From the human T2T-CHM13v2.0 reference genome, Homo sapiens: a DNA stretch of 64,000 bases. The position numbers and the translations under genes were made by a program. Positions 50,757 to 62,800 of the stretch are shown one piece after another (the stretch's first letter is position 1; the number at the start of each line of letters is the position of its first letter). The stretch is from NCBI RefSeq assembly GCF_009914755.1, contig NC_060930.1; one strand, given 5' to 3'. The notes under the pieces are model-generated. The model had not been told where the DNA came from. It worked only from the letters and a program-made list of their open reading frames with translations, and did not search any database.

Positions 50757-50979
50757 AGCCGGCTCCCTCCTCCTCCCTCTCCTTCCCCTTCAGCCTGCGG
50801 CCGGGCGGCGCTGGGCTTTTATCTGCGGACCCGCCGGGAGGGAGCCAGATCCCAGCGATCTTCCCCGACGGCAGCGCTTTACCCAGAGGCTGCCGGCGGC
50901 TCGTAGCTGGGTTCAGCTCTGCGTCCACGCCAGCCCGGAGCCCGGGGGGCAAGGGGTCTGTCCCGGGCGCAGCGAGAGG

Positions 50980-51024
50980 ATGGTCATCCGCGTGTTCATC
51001 GCCTCTTCCTCGGGCTTCGTGGCG
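50980..51024 (+). CDS. SH3BGRL2: SH3 domain-binding glutamate-rich-like protein 2, first coding exon (15 codons, phase-0 intron follows)
   Basis: Translates MVIRVFIASSSGFVA, the N-terminus I recognise for SH3BGRL2; strong Kozak AGGATGG; donor GCG|GTGAGC at 51025; inside CpG island. Confidence 0.95.
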
Positions 51025-52914
51025 GTGAGCGCGGTGGGGGCGGGCAGTAGGTTGGGGTCGCGGGGCGCGGGTCCTGCGGGAGGCGCGCGGCGCTCGTCAC
51101 TGCGCGTCCTTGCGCTCAGCGCGTCCGCCCGCGGGAGCCCGCGCCCGGCAGGTGATCCATCACACTCCGACAACAATGAAGAGGGCGGGGAGGAAAGGTG
51201 GGTGGGGGACCCCGGCCTCACCCAAATGCCCACCCTGCGTGGCCTGAAAGGCAGACAACGCGGCCTGAAAATGGAGTCCGAGGGAAGCCCCCAGCTCCTG
51301 TTGTGTGGCATGGAAATTTGGGGAACGGGTTGTTCAAGAGCTTCGGGGATCCCCCTTCCCCTAGTTTAGTTCTTCCCGATTTGGGACCTTCAGACTGGTT
51401 ATGTTTTGCACGGGAGCCTTTTCTGCTGCTTTGGTTTGTTACCCTAGCTCCTGAATGAAGCAAGTTTAAGTGGGAATTGCTCTCTGTCCTCCCTTCCCCG
51501 CCAGCAAGTGCATTTGTTTAGTTTTATACCTGCGCAAAGAGAATAGTAAAACTAGGTTTGTCCTGTTGTGGTAGGATTGTTTGCTTTCACTGTCATTTTT
51601 TTTCTTAGGGTGCCATAAATATTTTTACATCTTTATGTAAATGTGTGTGTATGCACGCATTTTCTTTCCACCTGTAATGCTGTGGAAATTTTATCCTGGG
51701 GATCTATGAATTGTGGTTTTCTATTTAATTATTTTTAGCTATTCTCTTTGGTGGATGTTCTTGAATTTTTTTAGAGAAAAAAAATTTTTTTAAAGAAAGG
51801 AAAGTTAAATAGCTAGAGATGTCAGAATTTAAGGAAAATTCAGTAGTTAGTATATTTGACAGCCCACTAAGGGACATAGCACATGTGTTTTACATGATTA
51901 TTGAGACTTGGTTTCCTTAACCAAGAGTTCAGCTATAGATTTAAGAGCCTCCTTTGTGACATATATAATCAAGTAACATCAAAAAGTGCATTGTAGATTG
52001 CTTAAATTTGGTCTGGTCAATTGTCTGCCCAGTAGCTCAGTCAGATTGTTCCAAAATTTGTTTCTTAAGTGGGTGGAGTGGAGGATGGAATAAAATATTG
52101 TTTGAAAATCCTTGTACACCACTGAAGTTTTTTATTTAAAAAGAAACCAACACGATCATACAAAGCCCCTCCACCCCCATTTGCACTAGAAACAATAGAT
52201 GGGAAAATCCAACTTACACTTATGTGCAGTCATGTTGGGGTCCTCAGACTTCTGACAGTTTCTGGTGTTTCTAGCTATTTGGGTTGCTTAGTCATGCCTG
52301 CCTTTTGTAGATTTCCCCACTGAAGCCACACTTCATGTGTTTGCAAACTGGCACTGTTTCAAGGGTAGATTTGTTCAAATGCACTCCTTACTAAGAATGC
52401 TACAAAGCTCTTGGTTTCACCACCGACTTGCATGCTTCAATAATTGTCCCAATAGCATTATATTGATTATGGAAGGAATGGTTTTTATCCCTTCCACAAG
52501 AGATAAAGCCTAGGCTACTTTGGAGCAAGTCGGACCAAGTCAAGGTAATGACTTGGCTTACTCTATTAGTAGGTAGTATATTGAGATAGTTTTGGTACTC
52601 CACATCTTTGTTTTTTCAGTGCCATTGGCAAATATTTATTGCCTGCCTGCTGTGTGCCTTTTTAACTTTTAAATTTAATGTTTTGTGTTTTGCACATGGA
52701 GCTAAAATTAAGAGACTTAAGTTTTAGTGTGGGCCCCAACTAGTGCAGTGTAAGCCTGGTTAAGGTACCTCATCTCTGCCTGAGTTTCTCTTCTGTAAAA
52801 TGAAGGATTTTCATGGATAACTCAGAATTGCACACTCTAGCTTTAAAGTATTTTGACTTCACCAGGTGAGTAAATATGGATGAATCCTTATAACAGCTTC
52901 TTTTGCTTGAACAA

Positions 52915-53001
52915 TATACCTACCTATTAGTCTCAAGGTAATAGGTATACCTATACCTATTAGTATAATACCTATTAGTATAATAATATACCTATTAGTC
53001 T
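52915..53001. repeat. Cluster of direct and inverted TACCTATTAGT copies
   Basis: Direct copies at 52921, 52954, 52969, 52989; inverted TAATAGGTA at 52939. Confidence 0.9.
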
Positions 53002-54079
53002 TCTTTCCTTGGACATTTTATTGTGAAGGCTCAGATCCCCTCAATGCCCTGCCTCGTAGCATGTGTTCTGACATGGTTTCATTTGAGTTAGAAGACATAC
53101 ACAGTTACCACATGCTTACAGACTATAAACACTAATTATCTATTTTAATATTCTGCTGTTTGAAGACCCAGTCTTTTCAGGTTTTAGAAAATCCTTGTTT
53201 GTTCAGTCTCCTCAATTATATCTTATATCAATACAGTTATTCATTGAGTCTCCCCAATTGTAGTTTTATCTCCTATATCAGTACACAGTTTATCTGTAAT
53301 ATCCATACTTTTAGTGATGTTAAGGTTATGTTCATATGTAAGAATAATGATTTCTAAGAACCAGTGAGGATATTTAGGTCAATTCTTGGGCTGGCGAGGC
53401 TAATGGGGCCAGTAGCATTAAGCTATATTAAGCTTTAGTGGCGTAGCCATGATGTGTTCCCTCCAGAAGTGTTGGGTTGACTGTTGATAGTGTTTCATTT
53501 GGTACCCAACTGTGACGAGCAAGTGCATGGGAGAACAAATAATTTGATTCTTGAGTCAGTTTGGTTTTAGCTGAAGTTTATTAAACCACAAGGAAGGGAT
53601 GTGACCAGAATTAGACTTAGCCAAGTAAGTCCCAGAATTTCCAAAAAGATGCTCCGCTTCAATCATCAATAGATTTAAACAATCTATTTAGAGAAAATCA
53701 TCCTGTTTTCTTCTGATTCCCCTAAGCTCTCCAGCTTCAGCAGTTGGAATAACTAACACCAAGGAATGATTCCTCTTTTGTCTTCCCTGGCTCCAGGTGA
53801 AGTCAGTTTTTACTAGGAAACAAAAGCAATGCCACATTATTATGCTACAGATACCTGAAAAATCGGATTTCTTATTCAACTGACCATGTTGCTACTCATT
53901 CACATTGTATTGTAGGGAAATTTTTTGTTCTCAGTTCTAAGAAAATAATATATTCATAGAAATGTCATTTTAAAATTTAATTTATTCTGGATGTATTCCT
54001 GAAAGGGGAAGTCTTAGTAACTTTGTCCAGGAAATATGTGAATATGACTTTTTACTTTAAAAACATTGAAATCCGTCAA

Positions 54080-54450
54080 TTATTTCATTTATTCCGTCAG
54101 TCAGTTATTTCATTTACTCATTCAACAAGTATTTTCTAAGAGTCTGCTGCTTGCCTAGCTCTGTCCTTGGTCTTCTGGGAAGCCAGAGAATAGAGGGTGT
54201 GATCTGTGTCTCCAAGGAATTCACAGGTAGGAGATGAGTTAGGAAAGGTAGTAAAGTACAGCCTAAGGACACATGCTTCTTGCAGGAACATTCTTACCAG
54301 AGATAGAAAAATATAGGAGGCAGAGAGATGCATTGCAGGATGTCAGATAAAGAGGAAATGTGCCAGAAATCATAAAATATGCATGTGACAGCCTTAGGCA
54401 GATGGCAGGGAGAGGAACTGGGTTGGATTTGGAGCCTGGGAGAGAGTTCT
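54080..54450 (-). mobile_element. L2 3' fragment
   Basis: CATTTACTCATTCAACAAGTATTTTCTAAG..., L2 tail-like. Confidence 0.55.
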
Positions 54451-55759
54451 TGAGCCCATCCTGCTCAAGCTGGAAAGGGGGAGCTTTGGGTGGGACAGGG
54501 TAGACTCCTGAAAGAAGACTGAAAGAAGCCCATGGTGACAAACTCTGTAGTGCTTAGCATCTCAGAGATGTCTTTAGTTTCTGCAGCTTGTCTGCTGCCT
54601 GGAGCCTTTTGTTTCTCAGGGAACATGGAGCTGCCTGGCAGTGGGGGAGCCCTAGTTGTGTGATTTCAGAAGAATCTTTACCTTCCTACTTGCCTTGACT
54701 AACATTTCTCAAAATGTAAATAAAATCTTTTACTCCTCATTAAAGTTCCTGGGCTCTGTTAGAGTTGGACGGAAACCTAAAGATATTTTTAGTGAAGCCC
54801 AACCACCTAATTTTTTGGAAAAGGAAATTTAGGCATAGAGATTAAGTGGCTTTTCCGGAAGCCATTTATGTCCAGTCAGTGCAGAGCTGAGATTTCATAG
54901 GAAGCCAGATTCCTGATGTCTGAATGCATTCATTCTTGCATTGAATGACTCATATATTCATCAGACAATCACTGAAAACTTACTTACCCAGGTTCTGTAT
55001 TAGGTGATGTAAGGTGCTAGGTGTATATGATGGTCAGAACAGACATGTACTCTGCCCTCATGGCATAAATCAGTGCTGTCTCTCTCCAGTTCAGAGACTT
55101 GAGATGCAAACTGTTTAATCAAGGATAGTGAAGGACTGATGCTGGCTTGGGAGATGTTTCCATGGGGCAGGGTGAAATGAGCTAGACATCAGTATATCCC
55201 TGGATGTTGGAGAGCAACCATCACTGGGAGCAAAAGATAGAAAGGTATTGGAAGCAAACTTGGAAATCATGGATAGGACTTCAAGTGAGGGTGGGTGTGG
55301 AAGGGAAACACATGGAAACCATGCTCAGAGTTGTCTTGCTGTTTGCAACTGTAAAAAGTGCATACCTACTGCTTTGGGTGATTTATAACTATTTTATACA
55401 CACAATTACCAGGTAAGGTGTTACATCCCCGTGAATGTATTCAGTGAGGCTTCCCTGTGTAAGGACACCTCAGAAAAGATTTCTACATCTTAAACTGATG
55501 AGTTTAACATCAGTTAAAGTCAGGATGTGATCACGTAGAATAGAGTGGGTATTAATTCCTAAGTTACTCTAATAACACGAATGAGAGTATAACTGGCCAC
55601 TTTAGGATCTTTAATTCATTGGATCATCACTGACACATGGCAGGGTAATTATTAGTATTTATTCCCATTTTCCAGAGGAAGAGACTGAAGCAAGCTGACC
55701 AGATTGAGATCATACTCAGGTGGGGGGACCTTTAGTCAAACCCTGGTGGGCAGGTGGCT

Positions 55760-55915
55760 TTAGAGCTGCTAGAGTAGAAGTTCTTCCTGTGGGCTCTGTA
55801 GCATCCTGGGGGAATGAGAGTATCAGAGGTACTTCACATCCTACAGTGTGTGGGACAGCTCCGCACAGAGAACTGCCCTATCCAAAATGCAAGTGGTACC
55901 CAGTGAACAGAAACA
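55760..55915 (+). mobile_element. MER20-like fragment
   Basis: ACATCCTACAGTGTGTGGGACAGCTCCGCACAGAGAACTGCCCTATCCAAAATG. Confidence 0.55.
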
Positions 55916-56059
55916 GGGCTGAAGGACATTGGCAGAGGAGGTTGTGGAGTGAGGTTAGGGAAGAGTTGGGAGCATACAAGTGATCAGAAGAAGCAGGAGT
56001 AAGTTGGGGGCCCAAGGAGAGGATGTGGTGGTGATGGAAGGTAAGAGTGAGAAAGTTTG

Positions 56060-56514
56060 TATATTAGTTCTCTAGGGCTGTCATTAACACAATACCAAAA
56101 ACTGGGGTGCTTAAATAAAAGAAATTTGTCTCAACATTCTGGAAGCTGGAAGCCTGAGATCAGGGAGTTGGTGGGGTTGCTTCCTTCTGAGGGCTGTGAG
56201 GGAGAGTCCTTTCCATGTCTTTCTCCTAGTTTCTGGTGGTTTGCTGGCGATCTTTGGCATTCCTTGGCTTGTAGATGTATCACCCTCATCTCTGCCTTCA
56301 CATTCATATGGCATTCTTCCTCTGTGCATGTATCTTTGTGCCCAAATGTTCTGTTTTTATAAGGACACAGCCATACTGAGTAGAGCCTACCCTAATGATG
56401 TCATCTTACCTTGATTATCTGCAAACATCCTATTTCCAAATAAGGTCACATTTATAGGTACTGGGGGTTAGGACCTCAGTATCTTTTGGGTGAGACATAA
56501 CTCAACACATAATA
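56060..56514 (-). mobile_element. MLT1C-like MaLR LTR
   Basis: TATTAGTTCTCTAGGGCTG...CTTCTGAGGGCTGTGAGGGAG...TTTCCAAATAAGGTCACATT...GGGGGTTAGGAC. Confidence 0.85.
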
Positions 56515-56928
56515 GCATGCAACATGAGGATTGAAATAAAAAGACTAATTTATGGAGTTTTTCTCATTTAATTGGAAAGACTGGGCCACATTTCTTGACA
56601 CTTAAAGGCAGCAGTGGGATATTGAAGTATATGGAACTATAGTCTATGTATGAGGTCTTCTGCTAGAAAATAGGATTTATTAATATCCCAAGTGAAGATC
56701 TAACCTCAGTTTTTCTAGTACATTTTAGTATTTCCCAGATTTGATGTGCTTTTAATCCATTCTTCAGTAACATTTAAACTTAAAAATATAATCAAGGATA
56801 TGAACTCCTTTATGAAATTAGGAGCTGTTTACCCATTTGTATTTGGATACTTTAAGCATTTCAATCTACTTGAAGAAACTAATTTTTTTTTAGCCAAGAT
56901 AAAATAATTTATTTGAAAATCAAAATGT

Positions 56929-57222
56929 GGCCGGGCACAGTGGCTCATACCTGTAATCCTAGCACTTTGGGAGGCTGAGGCAGGTGGATCACGAGGTCAG
57001 GAGTTCGAGACCAGCCTGGCCAGTATATAGTGAAACCCCATCTCTACTAAAAATACAAAAATTAGCCTGGTATGGTGGCATGCACCTGTAATTCCAGCTA
57101 CCTGGGAGGCTGAAGCAGGAGAATCACTTGAACCCAGGAAGTAGAGATTGCATGAGCCGAGATTGTGCCATTGCACTCCAGCCTGAGTGACAAGAGTGAA
57201 ACTCCTTCTAAAAAAAAAAAAA
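56929..57222 (+). mobile_element. AluSg-like
   Basis: GGATCACGAGGTCAGGAGTTCGAG; AAAATGT on both flanks. Confidence 0.93.
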
Positions 57223-57507
57223 GAAAATGTATTTCACTTACAATTACATAAGAAAACAAATCGAGCTGATCAAGAACTATGTCTTTGAGTGCAGAGATTG
57301 GTGGTGTTTTATTTCCCTGAAATTCTCATTGACCCAGTTATTCAAAGAAAAACATATATGATAATGTTTCAAAATTATATGCTATTAGAAAGAAACATTA
57401 AGATAAGCTTTAAATTCTGGAATATACTTCAAATTCTGCAAATATTCTTTTACCCATTATAAGTAGCATACAAACTATTTTTATTAAGAAAATAGAAGAA
57501 TTAGAAG

Positions 57508-58430
57508 TTTTTTTAACTGACACATAATTATACATATTTATGGGGTATCTAGTGATATTTCTGTATATATAATGTATAGTGATCAAATCAGGGTAATTGG
57601 CTTATCAGTCCCCTCAAATATTATTTCTTTGTGTTGGGAATATTCAGAATCTCTCATAGCTATCTGGAAATATCTTACAATGCTATAGAATGCTAGAACT
57701 TACTCCTCCTATCGAGTTGAGAACATGTATTTATCTTTCTGTCCCTGGCTTATTTCACTTAATGTAATGTCCTTGGGTGCATTCATGTTGCCATGAGTAC
57801 AGGATTTTATTCTTTTTATGGCTGAATAACATTCCATTGAGTATATATACCATATTATCCATTTGTGTGTTCAAGACTTAGATGGATTCCATGTCTTGGC
57901 TATTGTGAATAGTGCTGCAACAAACATGAGAGTGCAGATACCTTTTTAATACACTGATTTCTTTTCCTTTGGATAAATTCTCTGTAGTGGGATTGCTGGA
58001 TCAAATGGTAGTTCCATTTGTGGTTTTTTGAGAAACTTCCATACTGTTCACTATAATGGCTGTACTCATATACTGCTTCCCACCAGCAGTATATGAGGTC
58101 CTCTTTCTCTGCATCCTCATCAGCATTTGTTACTTGGGGCCTTTTCGATAATAGTCTAACTGGGGTGAGATGCAATTTCATTATCATTTTGATTTGCATT
58201 TTCCTGATGATTACTGATGTTAAGAATTTTTTTTATCTATTTGTTGGCCATTTGTATGTCTTCTTTTGAGAGCTATCTGTTTAGATCACTTATCCAATTT
58301 TAGTTGGATTATTTATTTTTTTGCTGTTGTTTGGGTTCCTTGTATATTTTCAATATTAATCTCCTGTTGACACATAGTTTGCACCTTTTCTTCCATTCTG
58401 TAGGTTGTCTTTTCACTCTGTTGATTGTTG
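57508..58430 (-). mobile_element. L1MA 3' end, antisense to SH3BGRL2
   Basis: ORF 57900-58199(-) MQIKMIMKLHLTPVR is the L1 ORF2 C-terminus; L1MA-type 3'UTR at 57508-57660. Confidence 0.85.
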
Positions 58431-58824
58431 AGGAAACTAAATTTTGACATATATTTATAATATGAAAAACAAGGTGGTTTGCACATTGCAGGAAGACTCA
58501 TGTAAGATGGTGTATTGATTTTTTTCTGTTTTTCAATTTTTAAAAATCAAAAATTGAAAAGGAAAAGAGCTATTGATGGTGAAAAACTCAGCAGGCAACA
58601 GGAAGCAGTGTGAGGTATTAACTAAACAATATTTCTTCCTTAGTTATTTTTCATCTTTGATTTATAAAAAGTTCTTAAATGAATTGTGTTTTTTTCTATC
58701 AAATTAGAAATGGGTGACAGAATAGAAAAAAATCTAGAATCATAGTGAATGTTTCACTTTCTAAAGTAGAAATTAGCATGACTTACTGATCACTATATAT
58801 GAAAGTTTAAAATACTTTATTTTG

Positions 58825-59144
58825 TGCCAGGTGCAGTGGCTCATGCCTATAATCTTTGCACTTTGGGAGGCTGAGTCAGGCAGATCTCTTGAACTCAGGA
58901 GCTCGAGACCAGCCTGGGCAACATGGCAAAACCCCATCTCTACAAAAAATATAAAAATTAGCGGGGCATGGTGGCATGTGCCTGTAGTCCCAGTTACTTG
59001 GGGGGCTGAGGCAGGAGGAGTGCCTGAACCTTGGGAGGTCGAGCCTGCAGTGAGCCGAGATTGCACTACTGCACTCCAGCCTGGGTGACAAAGTGAGACC
59101 TTGTCTCAGACAAACAAACCCCAAAACCATCACCACCAACAACA
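58825..59144 (+). mobile_element. AluJ
   Basis: Perfect 16-bp TSD AAAATACTTTATTTTG (58809-58824, 59145-59160). Confidence 0.93.
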
Positions 59145-60663
59145 AAAATACTTTATTTTGAAATGCATATTTAAAAATGGGGTCTAGAAATTATTATTTC
59201 ACCTGCTAAATGTCAGTTTTTAAAAAAATCACCCTCCAAGCTCTAAACTCAGGAGACCCTTTTAGGCTTCAGGAGTTTTTCAGCAGGAATTCCTTTAAAT
59301 GGGTATTATTTTAGCTGGAGAGTTAGTTAGAGATTTAAGTTCTATTTAAGCCACATTCCTGTATTCATTTTTTTCTGTGATTGATTTTATTTTATACTGT
59401 TTATCCGTGATGCAAAAAAAGAGGTTAGCCTTAAAAATTTAGTGAACATTTTCTTTCTTCTGTGAAATGGCAAGTGCTTGTTAACTTTTGTGGGGACTCT
59501 TCTACTTCAGGTTATATACAGTTGTCTTTTGAGGGTCCTCCTTCTAGTTTTAGCTTAAGAACATATCAATGAGCCTTTCTGTTTAGCATTTTTAGATAGT
59601 GATGAATATGTGCCATGTGTTAGTTTTTGGGGGGCACTGGGGTGGCTTGGAGGAGTAGGGCAGGAGGGGAGGAGCTGGAGGTTGGAAGCCTGTACCAGCT
59701 AGAAACTGCACAACCCAATTTAAGGCAGTGCAGTTTCCCTTCTGTCTCCCTCTCTTAATAGGCTTATCTGACTTCATCTGTTAGCACTGGCTAGTTTCAC
59801 AGTGGACTGTGGTAATTTAAAGGGTTAGTATTGCTATCTCTTTTATATTTGATTGGTTTATTTTCTAACTCTAAAACAGAAATAAAGCTTGGAAAAGCAC
59901 TTAATTGAATGTTTCCCTTCTGGTTCATGACAGCTTTGCAGTGGAATGGAAAGCTGAACTCAGATGCCAGCATCCAGGCAGATGGGGCCCCACCTCCCTA
60001 CAAACTTAGGCACTTTTAGGCTGGCACAGCCTCTGGGACAATTTGGGAACAATTTTGTTGGTCACCTTTGTTACTATTGACAGCTTATTCCCAAGGGGAT
60101 CTACTCTTTTGAGCTGGTTGAGTATTTGGCAGAACTCCAAGGGGTTGTTTCCTGGAGCTGACCCCTGAAGTGGAAGGTATCCGGCAGGGTGTGTCTGCTT
60201 TGCTGTGGGGTCTTGGTGGGCCCTCTGCCAGCATTGCTTCTCAGCTCTTGGAGCAGACAGGGAACGTTGGGTGCGACTGAGGGCAGGGGGTTCTAACTAA
60301 TTTAGGATGTGTTTGCCATTTCCTACTGGGTCATGGCCCAAATATGAAATGACTTTTTGTCATCTTCAGTCTAGTGGCTTTGAGAGTGGAGGACTGAGAG
60401 TAAGAGACATACAATTAGGTGACTTGATTGACAGGTCAGTTCAGTGGTATTTGGTAAATGCAAATATAGTTAAAGTCAGCAGCTATTGCTACATACTGAT
60501 CTAATATTAAAAACAAAACAAAGCAAAACAAAAAACCCAAAGAGCAATAAGCATAGCTTTTGAGTTAGCTTGTTTTCCTTCTGCATGTTCCACAAGACGT
60601 GGGAGTGTGGTCTTCTTCATTCATGACATTCCCATGTGTATTAAAGCTCAGTGGTTCTCTCAC

Positions 60664-60668
<5 letters not shown>

Positions 60669-60718
<50 letters not shown>
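60669..60718. repeat. (TG)25 microsatellite
   Basis: Perfect TG run. Confidence 0.97.
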
Positions 60719-60719
<1 letters not shown>

Positions 60720-61002
60720 TTTGTTTTAAATCACAGTCTCTGCTTATCTTTCACTGGTTCTCTTTTAATAATTATGTTCATTAGCGTGGTTTCTTCAAAT
60801 GGGAATTGGCCACCTTTATAAGCCTGGGCCCTTCATTGATGGGAGTTTAGATTTCACTGTTCTTTTATGAGAAACAAACTGCTTACTAGCCAAAATAAAT
60901 GTTTGGGTTGAGTATGCGCTGATTTCTTTAATTCTGGAGTCAGTTTATATTCAACCCATGCACCTACCTCTCTGTCCTGGCTATGGCAATCTATCATTAG
61001 AG

Positions 61003-61230
61003 AACAGTGTTATGGTTAAGGCGGGGGCTGAGTCCAAATCCTAGCTCTGCCACTGATGAAAGGCATGACCTTAGACAAGTAACCTTAGCCTCTTCATTTG
61101 TGTAAGTGGGATAGGAATGGTATTTTATGCATAGAAAAGCTCTTATGAGCTTTGAATGAAATGAATGATTTTGCATTAGGCATTTAGCTGAGTGCCATGA
61201 CATACTGAGAACTCAGTGCATGTTACCTAC
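61003..61230 (+). mobile_element. MIR
   Basis: CAAATCCTAGCTCTGCCACT...ATGACCTTAGACAAGTAACCTTAGCCTC. Confidence 0.75.
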
Positions 61231-61618
61231 TTTTTCTGTATCATAATCATCTTCAGTAGTAGTAGTAGTAATAACAGTAAAAAAAAATCACAATGACCTT
61301 GAACTGTGTAAGTTCCTTAACAGTCCAAAAATTATATACAGTACATACTACTTACTAGGCTGAGAACGCATACAGGTATAATTTTAGGAGAGATTTTAGT
61401 AAATTTAAGTGTAAAGGGTTTTCCACTTAAATGTATAAGAACATTATAATTTGAGCAGGCCATTCACCAAACATACCATTAGTTAGAGTTCTGCTGTAAT
61501 GTTTGGATATTTTATAGGTACATGGCATGTTGTGCACGACCCATTCAGATCATATTTTCACTCCCTATAAAGTGCTTACTACTATGCACATAGTCACTAT
61601 TCTTTGCTATACATAATA

Positions 61619-61931
61619 CAGTCAGCCCTTGGTATCTGTGGGTTCCATATTTGTGGATTCACCTACCTGTGGATCAAAAATAATCAGAAAAAAAGTGGAC
61701 AGTTGCATCTGTACTGAACATGTACAGACTTTTTCTAGTCTTCATTCCCTAAATAATATAGTATTACAGCTATTTACATAGCATTTACGTTGTATTAGAT
61801 ATTATAAATAATCTACAGATGATTTAAATTATACCATGTTTTACATAGGTTATATGCAAATACTATACGACTTGATATAAGGGACTTGAGCATCCAAGGA
61901 TTTTGGCATCTAAGGGACACCAAATATACTG
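61619..61931 (-). mobile_element. MER2 (TcMar-Tigger)
   Basis: CAGTCAGCCCTTGGTATCTGTGGGTTCC...CTGTACTGAACATGTACAGAC...AAGGGACTTGAGCATCC. Confidence 0.85.
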
Positions 61932-62579
61932 TGTATGTTTTTTTTAGAGCCCTGGCTTGATCTAAGGATTGCTGAATAATGTATAGATTTCATCCCAAAT
62001 GACAACTCTGACTGTTGGATAGTAGCTGCCTGGAGAGCCGGGAGAGGGGTTTTGGAGCCTTGATTGGGATCAGCAGGAAAACAGTGTGATTGATTGTTGA
62101 TGCCTGCTCTGGTACCAGAGAGAGGATCAGGACTTATGCCACGTATTTGCCATCCCTGCCTTAAACTTCATGTATTTAGACTCTGTCTTTCAGATTCTTG
62201 TAACTGATACAGAATATGTTGAGTCTGTGAGTAACCGGGAAAAGGAATATGAAACACCAAGTTGAATTGATGGATATCCTCTGCAAACATCATGCCTTGT
62301 CTGTCACCCCAAATTTGGTGGGGGTTGGGGACAGTGAAGGGCCAGGATTTCTGTGTTTAATGAAGATGAATGGAATTTCCTAGAATCCTGACTGTGAATC
62401 TGAACACTGTGAATTTTGAATACCTGTGAAACATAAGTTGGGCTGGCAGATGGGCAGGTAGATGATGGTAAAAGCAGTAAGGGGCTTTGTGGAAAAATGT
62501 GGGAGACAGGAGAAGGAAAAAGACACCTGGAAGAGGGGACCCATTGTGCTGAGCTTTGGAACACTGAAAGGGCAGCTGA

Positions 62580-62800
62580 ACAATTACTCTTTATCTGTGT
62601 CCAGCAATGTGGTACAATATTTACTTTATGTCATTTCATCTTTACAATTGTCCTACAAACTATGATTTCTTATACTCATTTTACAGATGAGAGTGTTGAG
62701 ACACAGGGTAATTAAGTAGCATGTCTAGGATTATTCAGCTCAGCGGTAAAACCTAGATTCAAACCCTTTTCTTCTGATTTTGTGCCTGGTACTTTTTATA
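62580..62800 (-). mobile_element. MIR
   Basis: CATTTTACAGATGAG...ATTAAGTAGCATGTCTAGGAT...GATTCAAACCC. Confidence 0.65.

Larger units (their letters stand above)
50380..51270. promoter_or_regulatory. SH3BGRL2: CpG island / promoter of SH3BGRL2
   Basis: Abrupt GC- and CpG-rich block spanning exon 1 in an otherwise CpG-depleted window; edges approximate. Confidence 0.92.

Noticed and set aside
50912-50932. REST/RE1-like TTCAGCTCTGCGTCCACGCC
   Set aside because: Lacks the ACC and GGACAG core positions.
50608-51369. 253-aa ORF as a novel single-exon gene, or a 129-aa intron-retention product
   Set aside because: TTG start, crosses a good GT donor, and has the low-complexity Gly/Arg/Ala/Pro content typical of CpG-island open frames; only 15 codons match a known protein.
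52915-53001. CRISPR-like repeat-spacer array
   Set aside because: Repeats are 11 bp, spacers are 4-22 bp and largely self-derived, and the context is a primate intron.
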